64,000 nt of DNA from Shigella phage Sf19, in the sequence record MF327005; one strand, given 5' to 3'. The position numbers were made by a program, and so were the translations under genes. Positions 50,608 to 58,662 of this stretch are shown here, in pieces (the first letter of the stretch is position 1; every line of letters begins with the position of its first letter). The notes under the pieces are model-generated. The model worked only from the letters and a program-made list of their open reading frames with translations, made no database searches and was not told the origin of the DNA.

Positions 50608-50631
50608 TTCGATGAGTTTGTAGATTTGCAT

Positions 50632-51474
50632 ATGCTTGACAAGAGTCTGTTAAGTGTGCATACAATGTCATCTAAAGAGCACCACTATGAGAAACGTACT
50701 ATTGTACGTGGTGTTGTAAAACTGTATAAAGCATTTATATGTCCAAATACTGACATGATTCGCTATACAGAGGTTAAAGAGAACTTTGATGAGATTGAAG
50801 AACCACAACTGTATATCAAAGCACAGAGTGATGAAGTGATTGGTGGAATCTTCTCATGTTCACCAGAACGTGCTGCAACGTTGATGACAGAGTTAACTGG
50901 ACAGTCAGTTTATGTCTTCCGTAAAGCCAACTGGAAAAAGATTCCTGAAGACTGGACAGAAGTCAATGAACAAGTGATGAAAGATTTTATTGATAATACT
51001 CATTGGATTGAGTATCACCGTTACTTGACTCACCAATATATGACTAATAATCATGATATCACTGATTGTAATGTGATTTCTCGAAACTTTATGTTTGCTG
51101 ATAAGCGTAAGTCCAGAGGCCACATTTACAGTAAAGACTTTAAGAAGACTATTTTCTTAGAGGGGAATGAAGAGGCTATAGAAGCAATGTTTGGACGCTT
51201 GGCATATACTGCTGCACCAGTTGCTTACAAAGATATTACCAGCACTCTTGATACCATTCGTAGGAATATGAGAGGTTCTTGTAAGCCAAGAAAGGTTCTG
51301 GATAATGCTAAGAAGCGTCTTGAAAGCAAGTTCAAAGATTACTTTGAGAAACGCCGTAAAGAAAACTTCTTGCTTTCTAATCTGGATTGGAATAAAGTAT
51401 CACCAGTCGAAGTTGGTAAGTTTTTAGGTTTTGACACTAAGAGCATTCCAGAAGATACTGTATGCTGGGATTAA
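50632..51474 (+). CDS. hypothetical protein (possible rIIB-like partner)
   Basis: 282-aa ORF directly downstream of rIIA-like gene; start uncertain (ATG 50632 or 50665). Confidence 0.35.
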   Translation: MLDKSLLSVHTMSSKEHHYEKRTIVRGVVKLYKAFICPNTDMIRYTEVKENFDEIEEPQLYIKAQSDEVIGGIFSCSPERAATLMTELTGQSVYVFRKANWKKIPEDWTEVNEQVMKDFIDNTHWIEYHRYLTHQYMTNNHDITDCNVISRNFMFADKRKSRGHIYSKDFKKTIFLEGNEEAIEAMFGRLAYTAAPVAYKDITSTLDTIRRNMRGSCKPRKVLDNAKKRLESKFKDYFEKRRKENFLLSNLDWNKVSPVEVGKFLGFDTKSIPEDTVCWD

Positions 51475-51481
51475 AAATAGT

Positions 51482-51510
51482 TTGACAGGGGCTGAAAAGC
51501 CCCTTAGAAT
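51482..51510 (+). promoter_or_regulatory. sigma70-like promoter TTGACA-17-TAGAAT with hairpin in spacer
   Basis: Hexamers at 51482-51487 and 51505-51510; spacer is GGGGCT-GAAA-AGCCCC hairpin (51488-51503). Confidence 0.5.
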
Positions 51511-51553
51511 ACGAACCACTAAGTAATTTTAAACAACAAAGAGAGATATTGAA

Positions 51554-52684
51554 ATGACTACTAAGACTAAAGCACAAATCGACGCAGAAATCTATGCACT
51601 GGTTAAAGAAGGTAAACTGACCAAAACTGCAATCGCTCTGAAGTATAACACTTCAACCCGTTCGGTAGGTCGTGCTGTAGAGCGTCATGAAGCAACGCTG
51701 CTGTCAGGGAAAACCAAAGCAAAACCTGCAAAGACTCTGAAAGATATTGCAAAGAGTGCAAAGAGTGCTAAGAAAGCTAAAGCGACCAAGAAAGTATCTA
51801 AGCAGAAACCTGTTACAAAAGCTGTTAAAGAAGCAGTCAAAGCAGAACCTGTAAATGCTCTGCATGAAGCAATGCAGAATAACAGCCAGATTGAATACAT
51901 GATTACTGGTGATTCTGTTATCATGACTTTCGGTGCAGAGTCTGAGATTGTTGAGTCAACTCATCCTAACTACACTGATATTGTAATGGCTGTTGTTTCA
52001 GGTGAGTACAAGAAAGCTTTTGAACTGATGAACATTCGCAAGTCTATTGAGAACTTCACTCAAGGTGCTGTAACCATCAAAGGTGACAACCTGTATTACG
52101 GTGCTGTTCAGATGCGCTCAACTCTGGTAGACCGTATTCTGGATATGATGAAGAAAGGTGATAATGGTTTTGTTCGACTGATTGCATTCTTCGAAAAACT
52201 GATGGAAAACCCATCAAAAGATTCTGTAGAACAACTTTGGGGCTTCGTATCACACCTTGATGTTGAAATTGATGAAGAAGGTTATATCATCGGCTGGAAG
52301 AAAGTCACAACTCGTGGTGGTAAACTGTTTGACTCTCGTACCTGCAAAGTTCCAAATGATTTGGGTAACATTGTAGAGATGCCACGTTGGATGGTTGATA
52401 ATAACCGTCATGTAACCTGCTCTCAGGGTCTGCACGTTGGTGCTTGGGATTATGTAACTAGCTTCTCTGGTGACACTATCCTAAAAGTTCGTGTTCATCC
52501 TCGTGATGTTGTTTCAGTACCAACTGACTACAACGACATGAAAATGCGAGCTTCCCGCTATGAAGTTGCAGCGATTGTAAATAGTCGCCGTGAAGTCATC
52601 AAAGAGTGGGATGGTTCAGAAGCACTCCACGTAGTTGTAGGTACTGCTGGTGAACTAATTTCTCAGCGTAAACGTGAAGTTTAA
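51554..52684 (+). CDS. hypothetical protein with N-terminal HTH-like region and Lys/Ala-rich linker
   Basis: 376 aa; residues ~50-100 are K/A-rich (KTKAKPAKTLKDIAKSAKSAKKAKATKKVSKQKP). Confidence 0.5.
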   Translation: MTTKTKAQIDAEIYALVKEGKLTKTAIALKYNTSTRSVGRAVERHEATLLSGKTKAKPAKTLKDIAKSAKSAKKAKATKKVSKQKPVTKAVKEAVKAEPVNALHEAMQNNSQIEYMITGDSVIMTFGAESEIVESTHPNYTDIVMAVVSGEYKKAFELMNIRKSIENFTQGAVTIKGDNLYYGAVQMRSTLVDRILDMMKKGDNGFVRLIAFFEKLMENPSKDSVEQLWGFVSHLDVEIDEEGYIIGWKKVTTRGGKLFDSRTCKVPNDLGNIVEMPRWMVDNNRHVTCSQGLHVGAWDYVTSFSGDTILKVRVHPRDVVSVPTDYNDMKMRASRYEVAAIVNSRREVIKEWDGSEALHVVVGTAGELISQRKREV

Positions 52685-52702
52685 TAAGTAAATTCCTAAA
52701 GG

Positions 52703-52724
52703 GGCTGCTTCGGCAGCCTTTTTT
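52703..52724 (+). terminator. rho-independent terminator
   Basis: GGCTGC-TTCG-GCAGCC followed by TTTTTT. Confidence 0.65.
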
Positions 52725-52726
52725 AT

Positions 52727-52754
52727 TTGAAAAATGTGCAGGTTAGTGTATAAT
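52727..52754 (+). promoter_or_regulatory. sigma70-like promoter TTGAAA-16-TATAAT
   Basis: Perfect -10 TATAAT at 52749-52754 preceded by TG; spacer contains TGTGCAGG motif also found in 56902-57125 repeats. Confidence 0.5.
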
Positions 52755-52785
52755 TGTCTGCATGTTTAACAAAATAGGAGTGCAA

Positions 52786-53334
52786 ATGAAGAAATTTGTT
52801 TTAGGTTTGTGCTTATTCTTTACAGCACATTTAGCTACAGCATCTGACTGTCCAGAGCTTACAATCAGCCAGAAAGTTAATATGTTAAAAGCATATAACT
52901 ATGGCGAAGGGCAGATGGGAAAAGGTTGGGGAATCCCTTTAGCAGCTATAGCCTTACAAGAGTCACAATTAGGTGTCATGTTAGAAAATAAAAAGACTCA
53001 TGATTATGGTGTTTTCCAGAATCACTTGAAGACTGTTGTAAAGCGTAACAAGGTATCTCCAAAGGTTGCTAAGAAGAAGCTAGTAAGTGACTTCCATTAC
53101 TCAGCGAAAGAGGCTCATAAGGAGCTATTATTCTGGACTAAGGTTCATGGTAACCCAGATGGAAAGTACTCTATGAAGCGTGTCCTAGCTTCTTATAATG
53201 CTGGTTACAAATACAAGATTCCAAAGGCTAGACAATACTCTCAAGATGTGTACAATAACATGAAACTGCTGGCTCAATGTGAGTTTGCAACAAACATTAA
53301 AAAGGTAAAATATGAGCGAATCAAAACAATTTGA
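52786..53334 (+). CDS. secreted lytic transglycosylase (endolysin candidate)
   Basis: Signal peptide MKKFVLGLCLFFTAHLATAS; SLT motifs ES (QESQLG), GVFQ and SYNAG; start set at ATG 52786 after AGGAG. Confidence 0.65.
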   Translation: MKKFVLGLCLFFTAHLATASDCPELTISQKVNMLKAYNYGEGQMGKGWGIPLAAIALQESQLGVMLENKKTHDYGVFQNHLKTVVKRNKVSPKVAKKKLVSDFHYSAKEAHKELLFWTKVHGNPDGKYSMKRVLASYNAGYKYKIPKARQYSQDVYNNMKLLAQCEFATNIKKVKYERIKTI

Positions 53335-54007
53335 TATGGTTCTGTGTCATGCTTATGATATTAAGCCACTTGATTTAGATATCAGTTCTGCAAGTTGGTC
53401 AGATATTGCTAAAGCTGACTTTGCAGATACAGCAAGAGATGTTGTGTGTAGCTTTGAAGACTTCCACTCAACAAAGACACAGATTCCTTGTCAGGATTTG
53501 CTAACAGGTAAAACTGTATATGTTGGTCGTAACAGCCTTATCTTGGTTGCAAAGAACTTGGAAGAAAAACGTAAAATGGTCTTAGCAGACATTGATGGTG
53601 TTCTTACAAGCTTTGACAAGAAACTTAATGCAACTCTGTTAGATGATGGTACTTACTCACAGTATACTAACTTGGTAGACTCTCGCAGAGCTAAACCAAC
53701 ATATGTTTTTAACATTCTGTGTGGTATATCAAGAAATGCTGATATAGGATTCTTAACCGCTCGTGGTGAATCACAAAGAGTTGTCACACATCTTTTCCTG
53801 AATGAGAATGTAGACAGTGATTTCCTACTGTTTATGCGTGGATTTGGTGACAATGAGATTAGTGCAGAAAGTTTGAAAGTTCGTATGCTTCAGTCTTGCA
53901 TTCTACCTTACTATGATGTAGTATGCTTTATAGAAGATACAGTGAAGAACGTGGAGAAGGTTGAAAGAATCTTACCACACATCAAAACAATGCTTGTTAA
54001 AAACTGA
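53312..54007 (+). CDS. HAD-like hydrolase domain protein
   Basis: LADIDGVLT resembles HAD motif I (DxDGxL/T). Confidence 0.4.
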   Translation: MSESKQFDMVLCHAYDIKPLDLDISSASWSDIAKADFADTARDVVCSFEDFHSTKTQIPCQDLLTGKTVYVGRNSLILVAKNLEEKRKMVLADIDGVLTSFDKKLNATLLDDGTYSQYTNLVDSRRAKPTYVFNILCGISRNADIGFLTARGESQRVVTHLFLNENVDSDFLLFMRGFGDNEISAESLKVRMLQSCILPYYDVVCFIEDTVKNVEKVERILPHIKTMLVKN

Positions 54008-54018
54008 GAGAGTAAACC

Positions 54019-54483
54019 ATGCAAAACATTATTACAGTAGCTATCGATGCTTCCGGTAACAAATCACAGGTAGTTCGTGAGATTATCAAAAGTAATTTCG
54101 ATGGTAAAATCTTTCGTGCAGTAAACGTGAAAGCTGATGGTAACATTCGTGAGTATCGTGCAATGTTGAATGTCACAAAACACGTTAAGGGTGTTGGTTC
54201 AACTACTGCTCATAAAGAAAATCTGATGACTATCTATGATATGGGTATGGCTTCAGAGTTAGGTGCAAAAGGGATTGTACAATCCGGTGCTCCTTACCGT
54301 TCTTTCAATCTGGAAACTGCTCTTATGCTTTCCTTTACAAGTGGTTCTCAGACTACCACTTACCTCTTCACAGATACTGCAACGGTTTCTGCGATTAAGG
54401 ACAATACCATTAAGGCTGGCGTAGCTGCTGCTTCAAAAGCCTCAACAATGGCAGCAAATGTCCTTGCGAAAGTTCTTGGTTAA
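54019..54483 (+). CDS. hypothetical protein
   Basis: 154-aa ORF. Confidence 0.45.
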   Translation: MQNIITVAIDASGNKSQVVREIIKSNFDGKIFRAVNVKADGNIREYRAMLNVTKHVKGVGSTTAHKENLMTIYDMGMASELGAKGIVQSGAPYRSFNLETALMLSFTSGSQTTTYLFTDTATVSAIKDNTIKAGVAAASKASTMAANVLAKVLG

Positions 54484-54494
54484 AGTTATTATAG

Positions 54495-54516
54495 AGGCTC
54501 CTTCGGGAGCCTTTTT
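54495..54516 (+). terminator. rho-independent terminator
   Basis: AGGCTCC-TTCG-GGAGCCT followed by TTTTT. Confidence 0.65.
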
Positions 54517-54535
54517 CATTTCTAGGAGAAGTTAA

Positions 54536-54883
54536 ATGACGTTTAAAGAATTTTGTCAAGCAGCTTTTGTAATCATCTTCTTAACAGGTGTTGGTGCTTG
54601 GGGAGGTTACACTTACAAGACCAGCCAAGTTAATGAAAAGGAGCTAACTAACCAGAGACTGGTAAGTGTTGCTAAAGATGCTTATCAAGAAGGTTTATCA
54701 AATCTTAGCTCCAATTACAAAAATGATTTGAAAGATGTGCTTGCTAAAAACAAACACACCAAAGAGGTATTGAACTATGAAAAAACTAAGACAGTCTTTA
54801 TTAATGATTGTGCTACTGAGCCTTATGTCAGGGTGTTCAACGAACAAAGTGAGCAGTACCTTCAAAAACTCCCAAGTAAGTGA
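54536..54883 (+). CDS. i-spanin candidate (Rz-like)
   Basis: N-terminal TM (AAFVIIFLTGVGAWGGY) then charged helical periplasmic domain; overlaps lipoprotein ORF in another frame. Confidence 0.5.
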   Translation: MTFKEFCQAAFVIIFLTGVGAWGGYTYKTSQVNEKELTNQRLVSVAKDAYQEGLSNLSSNYKNDLKDVLAKNKHTKEVLNYEKTKTVFINDCATEPYVRVFNEQSEQYLQKLPSK

Positions 54884-55046
54884 GAGTGACAAGTACACTC
54901 AAGAAGAAGCACGATATGAGGTTAAAGGCACTAAAGGTGCAGACCTTGCAAGTGCTCTTGAGTTTTATCGTGATGGTTACTATGAATGTACTATTAAGGC
55001 AAACAATTTGATTGATATGATTTTGTTAGGGAATAAGCAGCAATGA
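54777..55046 (+). CDS. o-spanin candidate (Rz1-like lipoprotein)
   Basis: Signal peptide with lipobox-like LMSGC; start embedded in 3' end of i-spanin candidate. Confidence 0.5.
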   Translation: MKKLRQSLLMIVLLSLMSGCSTNKVSSTFKNSQVSESDKYTQEEARYEVKGTKGADLASALEFYRDGYYECTIKANNLIDMILLGNKQQ

Positions 55047-55312
55047 CAGAGAAGAATGAAACATTTTTTGTGGAAGGTTATCTTCTGTTACCAAGACCAA
55101 GTAACACTTACATGAGATTTGACATTATGCCAACGGTTATGGATGATGTAACTTGTCACATCTTTATGCAGGGTGTTTCTGCACAACTTAAACATGTTGG
55201 AAGAGATTGCAAAATACGTGTTGACAACCATCCTGAAATCAACGAGAATCACTACACATGGTTCGGAGAAGATTCTAAAGAAATCTATGCAGTCCTTAAA
55301 ACGAGGAAGTGA
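55043..55312 (+). CDS. hypothetical protein
   Basis: 89-aa ORF, ATGA coupling. Confidence 0.4.
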   Translation: MTEKNETFFVEGYLLLPRPSNTYMRFDIMPTVMDDVTCHIFMQGVSAQLKHVGRDCKIRVDNHPEINENHYTWFGEDSKEIYAVLKTRK

Positions 55313-55318
55313 GGTTTA

Positions 55319-55648
55319 GTGATGCAACTAGATGGTAAGAATTATGTAGCCGTCTTTTCAGACGGTGAGAAAGAAATTGGTACAGCACAAGTCTGTCACA
55401 GTGGTAAAGAGTTTCTCTATGGGGTTGTTGCATTCATTGGTACTCGTGGAGATATGAAGTCTTTTAAAGATTGTGTTGACAAGCTTGAAGAATCCATAGA
55501 GAATCATTGGTGTCTGATATGGCTTAATGCAGAGAATGTTAAAGAACGCTATGCAAAAGTTGGTATCCATATTGAAAGCATCGAACATGTTGACCTGTTT
55601 GAGCTAACTGAAAAGGTGATGTATGAAAGCAATTCTGGTAAGAAGTAA
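55319..55648 (+). CDS. hypothetical protein
   Basis: 109-aa ORF. Confidence 0.4.
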   Translation: MMQLDGKNYVAVFSDGEKEIGTAQVCHSGKEFLYGVVAFIGTRGDMKSFKDCVDKLEESIENHWCLIWLNAENVKERYAKVGIHIESIEHVDLFELTEKVMYESNSGKK

Positions 55649-55883
55649 AGTTACACGTCAAGTATTAGCAGGGGCTATATTTGTTGGAAGGGATGAGGTG
55701 ATGCCATTTGGTTCACGAATCTATAAAGGTTCTGTACTATCACATAGCCACTTTAAGGCTGGTGATTTTTGTCACTATATTAACAGGGGCTATCTAAGAG
55801 AGGAACTTGGATATTGGAAGACCCGCATTAAGGAAAGATACGGTGACAGAGTATTCTTACAAGAGGTAATTTCAAATGGCTGA
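55623..55883 (+). CDS. hypothetical protein
   Basis: 86-aa ORF overlapping neighbours; start uncertain. Confidence 0.35.
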   Translation: MKAILVRSKVTRQVLAGAIFVGRDEVMPFGSRIYKGSVLSHSHFKAGDFCHYINRGYLREELGYWKTRIKERYGDRVFLQEVISNG

Positions 55884-56076
55884 TTTCTGCACTAAGTGTT
55901 CTGTTGAGATGTTTGGAAAAGATACAGGAGACTTAAAAGGTCTCTTTACAAAAGCAGAGTTTGAAGCTGGTTCAGCAATGCCAGTAATCTGTGAAGGCTG
56001 TGGTGCTTTATGGGTAGACCATGAAGGTAACCGAGTTAAACCCTCTGAAGATAACGAACGTTGGGAGCATTACTAA
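55876..56076 (+). CDS. small zinc-ribbon protein
   Basis: 66 aa with CTKCS...CEGCG. Confidence 0.4.
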   Translation: MADFCTKCSVEMFGKDTGDLKGLFTKAEFEAGSAMPVICEGCGALWVDHEGNRVKPSEDNERWEHY

Positions 56077-56077
56077 T

Positions 56078-56872
56078 ATGGGTATCGTAAAAATTATTAA
56101 AGGTGATATCTTTAAAGACTTTGATGGTAAGAAGTTTGATATCATTGGTCACGGTTGTAACTGCATGAACTTGATGGGTTCAGGTATCGCAGCAACAATT
56201 GCTAAACGCTACCCAAAAGCTTATGAAACTGACGCTGAGGTTTATGCTACAGTAGGTGGTGAAAATCATAACCCTAAGCACCTAATGCTTGGTAACATCT
56301 CTGTAGCACGTTTTAAGCAGGGTCGGATTGCTAACCTTTATACTCAGGTTATCACTGGCAAAGATGCACGGTACAATGCTTTAGAAGCAGCTTTGCAGCG
56401 TCTGAATAATTACTGCAAAGTCAACCAACTTAAGAAAGTTGGGCTTCCTATGATTTGTGCAGGGATTGGTGGTCTTGATAGTATGGCTGTGCTGTCCATT
56501 ATTAATCAGACTATGAAAGATGTTGACGTATATATGTATGTCTATGAAGATAAGATGTACAGTCAGTTGACTAGTCCTGTTACTGGTTGGGAGAACTTCA
56601 GTGAGCCTCAATATTTTGATGGTGTTGCTGTGGTAGGCAAGGATAAAGTTACCCTCAAGGTGAAGCGTAATGGCAAGGTACACACCAGTTACCCTCCGGT
56701 TGAGAAGTACAATCGAAGTAACGCTCAAGTTACCCACCCGTTACAAGGTCACCACCACAGAGCGGTAACGTTTGGTGATGATGCAAGTGTGTATATCAAT
56801 GCGACTACAGAAGAGTTTGCAGAAGATTATATCACACATGAAAACGTAAACTATGTTGAAGCACGTAACTAA
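56078..56872 (+). CDS. macro-domain-like protein with C-terminal extension
   Basis: IIKGDIF...FDIIGHGCNCMNLMGSGIAATIAKRYP matches macro pattern (GDIT...NAAN...GGGVA.AI) loosely; start set at ATG 56078. Confidence 0.45.
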   Translation: MGIVKIIKGDIFKDFDGKKFDIIGHGCNCMNLMGSGIAATIAKRYPKAYETDAEVYATVGGENHNPKHLMLGNISVARFKQGRIANLYTQVITGKDARYNALEAALQRLNNYCKVNQLKKVGLPMICAGIGGLDSMAVLSIINQTMKDVDVYMYVYEDKMYSQLTSPVTGWENFSEPQYFDGVAVVGKDKVTLKVKRNGKVHTSYPPVEKYNRSNAQVTHPLQGHHHRAVTFGDDASVYINATTEEFAEDYITHENVNYVEARN

Positions 56873-56901
56873 TAAGTTACCCAGATAAACATAGACAAGC
56901 C

Positions 56902-57125
56902 CTCCAAAGTTTGAGTTTAAAATCTCAGGTAAGGGGGGCTTTTTCATTTTAAATTTGTGCAGGTATAGTTGCATAGAACTCTGGACAGATTTCTTTAGCT
57001 GAACTCCAAAGGGAAAATTCATTTCAAATTTGTGCAGGTTTAGACTCCAAAGAGCTTTTTCATTTTCAATCTGTGCAGATGCAGTTGGACTCCAAAGGGA
57101 AAATTCATTTTCAAATTGTGCAGGT
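56902..57125. repeat. four tandem direct repeats, iteron-like
   Basis: Units at ~56902-56964, 57004-57039, 57045-57080, 57090-57125, each CTCCAAAG...TTTCATTT(T)CAA(A)TTTGTGCAGGT; followed by C-rich tract 57142-57178. Confidence 0.7.
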
Positions 57126-57298
57126 AGGTAGCTGTAGGAAACCAGCCCCACCATCCCCTCTTACTCCCCTTCCTCCCAAAAGTCAAGAGAAAAATTTGTA
57201 GAGAACTCAAAAATAATTTTTGACTAGGTTTCTGTTTTAGTGTACCCGCATACGTGCGTTCTATTCACGAAACATCAAAAATATTTTAAAAATTTTTG

Positions 57299-57327
57299 TT
57301 GACTTCATAAATCCAGTCTTATAGTAT
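57299..57327 (+). promoter_or_regulatory. early promoter class I (TTGACT-17-TAGTAT)
   Basis: Followed by ..CATCAACGGGAAACATCCC hairpin and conserved leader AACAATCCTAAACTGGAGAATCTAAAAATG. Confidence 0.55.
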
Positions 57328-57376
57328 TTGCATCAACGGGAAACATCCCAACAATCCTAAACTGGAGAATCTAAAA

Positions 57377-57583
57377 ATGTTATATCAACGTGAGTTAATG
57401 ATTGTTGACAACAACAAAACAAATAAACGTCGTTTCTATATGCTAATTTGTGATGTTTGGCAACGTATCTCAGAAAAGGATTTTGATGAATATGTTGATA
57501 CGTCAATCAGGTCTGATTGTTATTTGACAACTCATACAAGACAGTTTACAAGGCATACAGCAATTTATTATTACAACGTTTAA
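57377..57583 (+). CDS. early small protein
   Basis: 68-aa ORF after class I promoter-leader, GGAG RBS. Confidence 0.5.
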   Translation: MLYQRELMIVDNNKTNKRRFYMLICDVWQRISEKDFDEYVDTSIRSDCYLTTHTRQFTRHTAIYYYNV

Positions 57584-57595
57584 AAAGGCTTGACA

Positions 57596-57757
57596 ATGAT
57601 TAAAGAAAACGATTTAATACAATACAAAGATTTAGACGGATACCCAAAAATTGGTAAAGTCTTCTATCTCTATAAGTCTGCTATGGGTAATGACTGTATA
57701 GCCCTTACAAATAGCGACAAAATAACCATGAAAGATTTTATAAAAATTATTGCATAA
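57596..57757 (+). CDS. small ORF (below track threshold)
   Basis: 53-aa ORF MIKENDLIQYKD...; no own promoter cassette. Confidence 0.3.
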   Translation: MIKENDLIQYKDLDGYPKIGKVFYLYKSAMGNDCIALTNSDKITMKDFIKIIA

Positions 57758-57762
57758 AGTGC

Positions 57763-57791
57763 TTTACATGGGGTTTAAAAGCTAGTATCTT
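57763..57791 (+). promoter_or_regulatory. early promoter class II (TTTACA-17-TATCTT)
   Basis: Part of conserved cassette AGTGCTTTACATGGGGTTT...AAGCCCCAGATAAAGAGCTTTACCAACAATCCTAAACTGGAGAATCTAAAATG. Confidence 0.55.
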
Positions 57792-57841
57792 AAGCCCCAG
57801 ATAAAGAGCTTTACCAACAATCCTAAACTGGAGAATCTAAA

Positions 57842-58222
57842 ATGAAATATCGTGCGCCTAAATTTATCAACAAAGAAAACTTTCGTAGTATCTTAGAGGA
57901 AACTATGAAAGAAAACTTCAAAGGAAAAATAATTGTTGTTCACGCTTACAATTTTAAGTATGATGTTAATGGTAACCGTATTAACCACTACAAAGCTACT
58001 ATGCTTGATGGTACATTATCCGGTGAAAAAGCTATCATAAATGCTATTGCAGGACGTGGTAAAACTGTGATACGATGCGAAAAAAGACGCTATCAAGGCG
58101 GTAAATATGGGTATGAAGATGCAATGTACCATCTTGATAAAATGGGGTATGATATAGAGAAAGCTGGAGTATCTCAAACTATTGGTAGTGATGGCTACGT
58201 TACAGTTTTCAAAATTAACTAA
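57842..58222 (+). CDS. early protein
   Basis: 126-aa ORF after class II cassette. Confidence 0.55.
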   Translation: MKYRAPKFINKENFRSILEETMKENFKGKIIVVHAYNFKYDVNGNRINHYKATMLDGTLSGEKAIINAIAGRGKTVIRCEKRRYQGGKYGYEDAMYHLDKMGYDIEKAGVSQTIGSDGYVTVFKIN

Positions 58223-58231
58223 ATAAAGTCC

Positions 58232-58260
58232 TTTACATGGGGTTTATAGTTAGATAAGAT
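58232..58260 (+). promoter_or_regulatory. early promoter class II (TTTACA-17-TAAGAT)
   Basis: Conserved cassette copy. Confidence 0.55.
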
Positions 58261-58313
58261 AAGCCCCAGATAAAGAGCTTTACCAAACAATAACCTAAAC
58301 TGGAGTATCAAAA

Positions 58314-58571
58314 ATGGCTACTATCAAAAACATCATTGTATCTGCAAAATCTCGTGATGACGCTCGCGCAACTGCTAAAAAATTAAATGGTAAAGTGGTT
58401 GACAACGGAAAAGAATCTGCTGTAAGATGGGGCGTGAAATGTGATAAGGAAATTACTTTAAAACGTAGTTCCTATGACCTTTTCAAAGGTGTAAAAGCAA
58501 TCGGTAGAACTAACGTCTACACGAAGAAAGGTTATAAAATGCACTTATCATTAACTGACAATTTAATCTGA
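58314..58571 (+). CDS. early small protein
   Basis: 85-aa ORF after class II cassette. Confidence 0.55.
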   Translation: MATIKNIIVSAKSRDDARATAKKLNGKVVDNGKESAVRWGVKCDKEITLKRSSYDLFKGVKAIGRTNVYTKKGYKMHLSLTDNLI

Positions 58572-58579
58572 TAAAGTGC

Positions 58580-58608
58580 TTTACATGGGGTTTATAGTTA
58601 GATAATAT
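58580..58608 (+). promoter_or_regulatory. early promoter class II (TTTACA-17-TAATAT)
   Basis: Conserved cassette copy. Confidence 0.55.
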
Positions 58609-58662
58609 AAGCCCCAGATAAAGAGCTTTACTAACCAATAGTCCTAAACTGGAGAATCTAAA

